From NCBI RefSeq assembly GCF_009914755.1, contig NC_060928.1: 64,000 bases of DNA; one strand, written 5' to 3'. Each line of letters starts with the position of its first letter. Position 1 is the first letter of the stretch. The notes under the pieces were generated by a model. That model saw only the letters and a list, made by a program, of their open reading frames with translations, ran no database searches and was not told where the DNA came from. The position numbers were made by a program, and so were the translations under genes. The stretch is from the human T2T-CHM13v2.0 reference genome, Homo sapiens. Shown one piece after another: positions 56,412 to 64,000 of this stretch.

Positions 56412-57110
56412 TGAAACTACCTTTGCAAAAATTTTAACAGTGAGAAAATTATGACAGTGAAAGAGATCTAACCTAACCAACTCCATCTTGTTTCTAACCT
56501 TCAAGGTGTCATTGTTCATTCCTGGGTGTAGGCCAAACTAACTTTGGGAGGAACTTAGTTTATAGTTTAACTTTGAAACAAAGATGATAACACCCCTTTC
56601 CTGAAACAAGCCCTCTTCTTGCCTGGGGACCAGGCTGCCTTTGTAGGACAAATAAATTAGCTGTAAGATTAGAAATTATGGTTTAGGAATCATGCAGCTA
56701 CAGGCCACAAGATTCAAAACCTCCTCAATTGCTCCTAGGGATAATAACACTGTTAGAAAACCTAAGATTGGTGCTCAAGATATTTTTCAGACTCTGGCAT
56801 CACCACGATCGATGAAACTGGCTCGTCTGATTTTGTGGTCCCCACCCAGGAGCAGACTCAGTGCAAGAAGACAGCTTTGACTCCCTATGATTTCATCTCT
56901 GATCCAACCAATCAATACTCTCCACTCCCAGGCCCCCTACCTACCAAATTATCCTTAAAAAACTCTGGTCTCTGAATTTTCAGGGAGATTGATGTGAGTA
57001 ATAACTTTGTCTTCTGCATGGGATGGCTGGCCTCAGGTCAATTAAACTTTCTTTACTGCAATGCTGTGGTCTTTGTGCAGCAGGCAGGAAGAACTTGTTG
57101 AGTGGTTACA
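56412..57110 (+). mobile_element. LTR8-family solo LTR (ERV1)
   Basis: TGAAACTACCTTTGCAAAAATT...AACTCCATCTTG...CAGCAGGCAGGAAGAACTTGTTGAGTGGTTACA; TSD CCAC/ACAC. Confidence 0.82.
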
Positions 57111-57643
57111 ACACTGGTAATCTTTGTAACTTTAAAGAACTTTATCTTCTATTTTTGTATCTACTTCAGATAGTATTCTCAATGCTCTAATTCATAAACT
57201 GAGCAATTAGTTCCCTACATTTTGCTCCAAAATTCCCCCCTCTACCACCTTCCAGTTTATCAGCTCTACCTTTAAGTCTTACACTATTAAAGCTTATAAT
57301 ATTTTTATTTTATGTAGACTTACACATAGGTACATACATATAATTATTACAATTAAATGTCCTAATGTTTTTCTAAAGGCCAAAGCTTTAAAACAATTAT
57401 TAATATTTAAAATATGATGATTCGGGAAATACTATTCTTAGCAGAACAATTGATATGATAGGACCCACAAAGAGTGAAACATAATCGTAGGTCAATATAC
57501 CATATTGCTTGAAGGAACTTTTTCCAAAGTCAAAGCCAAATGGATATTTTCTTCTTACATCCCATCAATTCCTCAATGCCATACCAGATTTTTTTGTTGC
57601 TTCATGTTTAGACAATGCATTTCGTACAGATTATTTTCCCCAA

Positions 57644-58039
57644 TGTATTAGTCTGTTCAGGCTGCCATAAAATACCACAAATTAAGTAGTTTAAACAAAA
57701 GAAATTTATTATCTCACAATTTTGAAGGCTGGAAGTTCAATGTCAAGATGCCAACAGGGTCAGTTCCTAGTGAGGCCTCTCTTCCTGGCTTACAGACAAC
57801 CACCTGCTCACTGTGTCCTCACATGGACCTTCCTCTGTGCATGCACGGAAAGAGAGAGATCCCTGATGTCTCTTCCTCTCCATTAAGGACACTAGCCCTA
57901 TGGGATTAGGACCCTACCCTTATGACTTCATATTAACTTAATTACACTAGTTAAGTTCCCTCCTCCAAATATAGTCACATTAGGGGTTAGGATTCAACTT
58001 ATGAATTTAGGAAGGAGGGAAACAATTCAATACAGAACA
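57644..58039 (-). mobile_element. MaLR solo LTR (MLT1B-like)
   Basis: tgtattagtctgttcaggctgccataaaataccac...tgaggcctctcttcctggcttacagac...ctccaaatatagtcacatt. Confidence 0.82.
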
Positions 58040-58209
58040 CCTGTGTTTGTTCAAAATCTACAAACGTAGCAAATACTAAGATAACTGGGTATTTATAGAG
58101 TTATTTGCCAATTCCCTAGAATAGGTTATTCTAGAGGTAAGCTCCTATTACATATATGGAGAAAAGTATTCATTTACCAAGAGTCTGGAAACGTTAGGAT
58201 GCCCTAAAA

Positions 58210-58733
58210 CAGGGCCCCCAAACCCCAGGCCATGGACCAATATTGGTCCATGGCCTGTTAGGAACCAGGCTACACAGCAGGAGGTAAGTGGTGGGAGACC
58301 TAGCAAAGCATCATCAGTATTTACAGCCACTCCCCACTGCTTGCATTACCACCTGAGCTCTGCCCCCTGTCAGATCAGCAGCGGCATTAGATTCTCATAG
58401 GAGCATGAACCCTACTGTGCCCTGTGCATGCAAGGAATCTAGGTTGCGGGCTTCTTGTGAGAATCTAATCCCTGATGATCAGTCAGTCTCCCATTAGCCC
58501 CAGATTGGACCGTCTAGTTGCAGGAAAACAAACTCAAGCCTCCTACTAAGTCTACGTTATGGTGAGTTGTATAATTATTTCATTATATATTACAATATAA
58601 TAATAATAGAAATAAAGTGCACAATAGATTTAATGCACTTGAATCATCCCAAAACCACCCCCCACCCCGAGTCCCTGGAAAAATTGTCTTCCACAAAACT
58701 GGCCCCTGCTGCCAAAAAGGTTGGGGACCACTG
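58210..58733. mobile_element. MER1A hAT-Charlie element
   Basis: CAGGGCCCCCAAACCCC ... AAAAAGGTTGGGGACCACTG; perfect 8-bp TSD CCCTAAAA. Confidence 0.9.
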
Positions 58734-58925
58734 CCCTAAAACTAAACCATGGGCTTATCTCCTCTGGGAACTATGCATAACGTATTATAATTCCCAGGCC
58801 AAACTACTCCTGTCCTCATATTAGAGACAAGCCAAATTTTTACCTGAGACCTAGAGCTTCCCACTAGATGACCCATGGCTGGGGCAATTGTTCCTGAAGG
58901 CACTAAGGATTATGTTGTGGGTCTT

Positions 58926-59330
58926 TGTCTTAGATTTTCTGTGTTGCTATAACAAAACACCTTAGAATGGGTAATTTATAAACAGCAGAAACTTATTTCT
59001 CACAGTTCTAGAGGCTGGAAGTCCAAGTTGGAGGCACCAGCAGATTCTGTGTCTGGTGAGTGTCCAATCTCTCCTTCTAAGATGGCACCTTGTTGTTGCA
59101 CCCTTGGGAGGGTACAAATGCTGTGTCCTCACATGGCGGAGGAACAGAAAGGCAAAAGGGGAAACCTAAATTTGTTCCCTCCAGCCCTTATATAAGTCAC
59201 TAATCCATTCATGAGGACAAAGCCCTCATGACGTAATCATTTCCCAAAAAGCCCCTCCTTATAATACTATCACAATGAAGAGTAAGTTTCCACATAAATT
59301 TTGCAGAGGACACACATTCAAACCATACCA
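58926..59330 (-). mobile_element. MaLR solo LTR (MST/MLT1A group)
   Basis: tgtcttagattttctgtgttgctataacaaaacacc...cagcagattctgtgtctggtgag...acacattcaaaccatacca. Confidence 0.82.
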
Positions 59331-60469
59331 GCCTCAACCTCCCCACTCCATCACTCCCACATCCTAGTTAAGTCTGGATAGATACTCTAACCTGCACCCA
59401 GAAGTGAAGAGATGAGGACCCAGGTGAGGACCCAGGTGAGCACTCTCTTCATAAAACCAGAGTAAAAGGCATCTTAGATATCAACTCATCCAGAGTTCTT
59501 CTCTTTACAATCAAGAAAACAAAAACCGAGCAAATTTGGACAACGGGTTTATGTCCAAATTACACAAGGTTCAATTACATTGGAACCCAGGATTTCTGGT
59601 TTTGTTGTTGTTGTTCTGTATCCTGTACATGAAACAACATTGCCTTTCAAGTCTCCTTGATAGCAGGGTAACTCAGGAATTCAGAGAAGCTGCCTGATTT
59701 TTATAGATGAATATCCATTCACCCCCAATAAGAAGTGTAAATTGTGTCTCTGTTCCAAAGTTTGATATGTAATTACCGTCAGGAGCTGAGTTGGAGAGTG
59801 AGGAGCTGACAGGTGTTAATGTGGTCAATTAAGACAACGAGCCAAGCTGAAAGTAACAATTAAGCTTTTGTTCACTGACTGCAATTGTATAAGCAAGAGG
59901 CCAACAGGACAAAACACCAGCTCTCTAATGTTCCATTTTTCCCCACGGAACAGCTCCAGGGGAGTATCATCAGATGGATCAATCCAGAATGGCGGATTCG
60001 CTCACTGCCTTAGGGATGGGAGACGGGTTGGGGACAAGGAGTGGAAAAGTACTGAATACTGAGTCACAATGTCACAGTGGAGACAAGTGTCTTGATAAGG
60101 AGACCTCTGAAAGGAGGTGTTTGGACTAGGAATGTAGACATGTGTAGGAGCATGGCCAGTCTGGGAGGCACTGTGTCCTTGATTGCAACTCCCTCCAGAC
60201 CATGCACCAATTGTGGTGTGGGAAGGACAGCTTCCCCCATGAGGCCTGCCAGATAAAGCCTTTGTAATCGCCTGTGGTCGGGACAGAAAGATCACTGGTA
60301 GGATTTTGACCTGGAGCCAGCCTCCTCAATCACATATGGTGACACACCTGTCCCCAGATGTGTTCACAAATAGTCTATAAGTCCTTAGACATGACTTTTC
60401 CTTAATGTATATTTTAAATACCATAGCTGACTATAGTCAGAATAAAGCTAATTTTCACCAAATTTTCTC

Positions 60470-61136
60470 CACAGTAAATTGTCTTCTCATCCATCATAAG
60501 GGCCACAACCAACACTCCTCTAACAAAAGACAGGTTAGCAAGAAAAAAGCATAACAAATTTATTTCAAAGTTTTATGTGACATCAGAGTCAGAAATGAAG
60601 ACCCAGGGAAGACTATCTTTATGCTTAGGTACAATGAAAAATGGACAGCCATGAAGAAATATGATTGGACAAAAAGGTAGGATCTAATGGTAAGAGACCG
60701 AAGGGGAGACCCAGCAAGGCCTGTTTATTCAGATGCTTCTTGGCCTCTCTGTGTAGCATTCCTTCCTCCCAGGTATGGGGCAGGATCCCTCTGGAACAAG
60801 GGTCTTATGACCTACAGTAAGATAAAGCAGGCCAGGGAATTTCTTTATGGCCAGCTCCTACACAGAAAGACAGGGGGAGATTAGAATAATAGTCCTGGGT
60901 TTTATGGCTTGCTTTGGGGAGAATGGTTCTAGTTTCTATGATCCACCTTAAGGAAGATAAATTCTGGTTTCCATCACTTGCTTCAAGGGAGAAAGAAGGA
61001 TGGAAAACAGGAGGATGGGAAAGTCAGAAAGACCTTGGTTCTAAAGTTGCTTCTAAGGCCTTCCAACCTCCTTTGGTTAAAAGTACTCAGCATGCCAAAG
61101 CGCCATAATTTGGGGATTGTGTTCTGAGCCCCAACA
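60470..61136 (-). mobile_element. MER39-family solo LTR (MER39B-like)
   Basis: Reverse complement begins TGTTGGGGCTCAGAACACAATCCCCAAATTATGGCGCTTTGGCATGCTGAGTACTTT; left boundary approximate. Confidence 0.75.
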
Positions 61137-63719
61137 ACACCAAAGATGCTACAATTAGATATTATTATGCATTAAATTGCATGCTTTTCTGTGCTATAAC
61201 ACAGAGCTGGATACAACTGTGAGAACTCAATAAATACATGTTTAGATTTCTTTGTTTGTTTTGGTTACTATAAAGATCTGAATATAATTAATGGTGTATT
61301 TTCTTTGCTTGCAGTATATGGCTTTCAATTTTACCTATTAATTTTATTATCCTATTCATTGTATACGGTTTTAATTACAATCTCCTCAAATCTTTCTTGG
61401 TAGAAATAAGTGTGGTAGAAATAAAGAAGATAATTGAATACAGATATTACAGTAAATACATGTCAACTGGAATGTGAAATGCTGTGGCTACTCCCCAAGC
61501 AGATTTCATCCTAAGACATTCCAGATAATATAGATAAATCCCTCTTCCCTATTCCTGCCTCCAAACCCCACCTGTTTCCCTGCCCTCAACACATTTCCTA
61601 AACTAGGACAGGAACATGTGGGAAAAACAAAGTGGAAAAGGGAAGCAATTCACAGCCCAAACCAAGCCAAACCATGTTTCCACCCATTTGTTGGACTTTT
61701 AAAAACTTGCTAAAGCAAATTTAACTCTGCAAATGTGTATTTTAAAAGGTCAGCTATTGAATGTGGGACGGAAATTGCACTGCCATGCAAGATTGAAGTG
61801 TTGTGTGAAATTTCAGCAATTGTGCCCATTAACAGAAAAAAAAATATTTACTGTAGGGTCTCTTTCCAGTACCAAGCTTTGGTTAGCTGACGGCGCTGGA
61901 ATGTGCTAGCCAGGGGTACTCTGATGCCATGTTACCTACCACATCTTCAAAGCTGGAACATCTCCAGCTATGCCTTCCTACATTCAGTGTGTTTACGTAC
62001 CTTTCTCTATTAAAATAAACACCATGCAGAATGTTAACAGACTGGATTAAAGTGGAAATAGACATGAAGTTGGGGGCAAGCATTAAGCATCATCTTTCTG
62101 CTTCTCCCCAGCTGTGCCACAGGCTTGGAACACTTTAAATAGGCTTGGGTGGAAAAGACACCAAAATTAGCTTTGAATTTTCTAGGGTTTTTTGTTTCAT
62201 TTTGTTTTGTTTTTGCTGATTTCAGACACTTCAAGGCATTATTTAAAAGTAGCCTCCTGGTCTTTTCTTTCCCTGTGTTTCTTTTCTTTTCTTTTGATAA
62301 TTGATTTAAAAGTTCTTTGTACTACCTTGCTCACCTTTTTTCTTACAATTCCCTTTACAATTGTTTTAACCTTTCTCCTACCTAGCTCAGTCTGCTTTTT
62401 GTATGCAGACAGCCAACAGGATACAAACTGTAAAATATGTTTGGCCTGACTTACTGTTTCCTTTCTACATGCTTGGATGTAGAGAATAAGAATCTAAAAG
62501 CATAGCTTTTTCCATCTTCTGAAAAAAAAAAATCCATGCTATGCAGGTTAGCCTAAAACTTTTGAATGAATGCAGTTGTCCTATGTTATACTTTAGTCAC
62601 AGGCCCTTTGAATAGAGCCAAATCCCAGCTGCACCAATGTCTTCTTGGCTGGATATGAACAGTGCCATTGCCTGGGTTCTCATTGCTTTTCTGGCCCAGA
62701 TCAGCAGATCTTCCCACACCCACACCCAGCCCTGCCCTTCTCCTTGAGTGTAAGGCAGGAAATAATAAGGCCTGAATAAGGAAATAAAGGCCAAGACACT
62801 ATTTTAGTGGCCTTAGACTCTTCATCAACCAGAAACACTAATGGTCCCTGGTTTCCTTCTGGCCGTTCTTCAGGACCATCAGTAGCACAGCCACTGCTTC
62901 AGCCTCTTTTATTTGTGCACACACACAAAAAAATTATCCTAAATGATTGCTCAGTGAATTATCCTTTCCATGTGTTTCTTTTACTAAGAAGGACAAAATA
63001 TATACATGAGGGAAATACATTTCCATCATTTACCCACAACTATATAAATGAATATTATGGAATATTTACAATGTATTAGGATTAACTGTAGGATTATCTT
63101 TTTCAAGGAAATGTACTAAACTTAGTCATAAGCAATGAGTCAGTCTCATTCCAGAAATCATTCAGAGGTGCCATATGAGCAAAGGTAACAAGAACTTCTT
63201 CATGGAAATATGCCAAGAACAATATATAGTGTAAGAAAACACTTCAGACTATTTTATTTCTAAATGTAAATAATAAAAGCAATATTATAAACTGTAGACA
63301 AGAAGAAACTTAAATGAGAGTGCTGGTAAATGTTATCCATCCCAGCAGAACTACAACTTGCCAAGACTTCGGGAGAAACTGTGTAACTGCTACTGTTACA
63401 AATAAAGAGGAGGGATTTGGCATTTTCATGCAGGCAGACATGCTATCTATATATGTATGTGATATTAGGCGGCAAGGAAGACAGACAGTGTCATCCTTAT
63501 AGTAAGCATCCAGGAAAACAAGGTTCACAGACAGGGCCTTGGAATCTATGCTTCTTCCCGAAAAAGAAGAATCGGTTTTCCATTTGGATCTGCCATCAGG
63601 ACACTTATTATCCCACTAAGAATAATTGCCTTAGTGACAATGAGGCACATAACACAAAGGAACAAGGGAAACAGCATCCAGTCTCAGGTTTCAAGATCAA
63701 ATCAAGGCAGTGCGGTGAA

Positions 63720-63836
63720 TAGGGCAGGGATTTCTGCCTGTTTTGTTCATTGATATGTCCTAAGTGCTTATAATGGTACCTGAACATAGTAGGTGATCAA
63801 TAAATATTTACTAGATGAATGTGTGATGAATGAATA
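63720..63836 (+). mobile_element. LINE-2 3' end
   Basis: gggcagggatttctgcctgttttgttcattg...catagtaggtgatcaataaatattt...gaatgaat. Confidence 0.75.
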
Positions 63837-64000
63837 AGCAATGATTCAACATTATTCACACTGAAGGATGAACTATTTCTTGGAACATGTAAGCATCGGA
63901 CATTTTGTAAAATGTTTTGAAAATGTAGTAAGTAGCCTCCTTTGTTTGCTATTCAGCTACCAAATATTTCATCTAAAATATATTTAAAGCAAGGGCATAG

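Noticed and set aside
59760-60360. Possible very old LTR or exon-like segment
   Set aside because: No termini, TSD or coherent splice/ORF signal that I can verify.

Overview
AT-rich primate (human-like) genomic DNA. Bases ~6.9-31.6 kb hold the last eight coding exons of the deubiquitinase USP38 on the + strand. All introns are GT-AG and in phase, and the Cys box, zinc-finger cysteines, His box and FND motif are intact. A long AU-rich 3' UTR follows. The rest is repeat-dense intergenic DNA: Alus, old L1/L2/MIR, MaLR and ERV LTRs (MER41, LTR18A, LTR8, MER39), and DNA-transposon fossils (MER85, MER6, MER1A, MER2, MER58, Tigger4). I see no new gene or novel multi-gene system. The unusual signals are rearrangement scars readable directly in the sequence: (i) a ~1.2 kb inversion that splits one Alu and leaves its 17-bp target-site duplication (TSD) as an inverted pair, with an Alu-to-Alu copied tract at the far breakpoint; (ii) two short locally templated duplications in USP38 introns; (iii) a twin-primed, 5'-inverted L1. 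There is also a transposon-derived motif cluster downstream of the gene. Repeat subfamily names and exon/residue numbers come from recalled sequences, not a database search, and the boundaries of old repeats are approximate.
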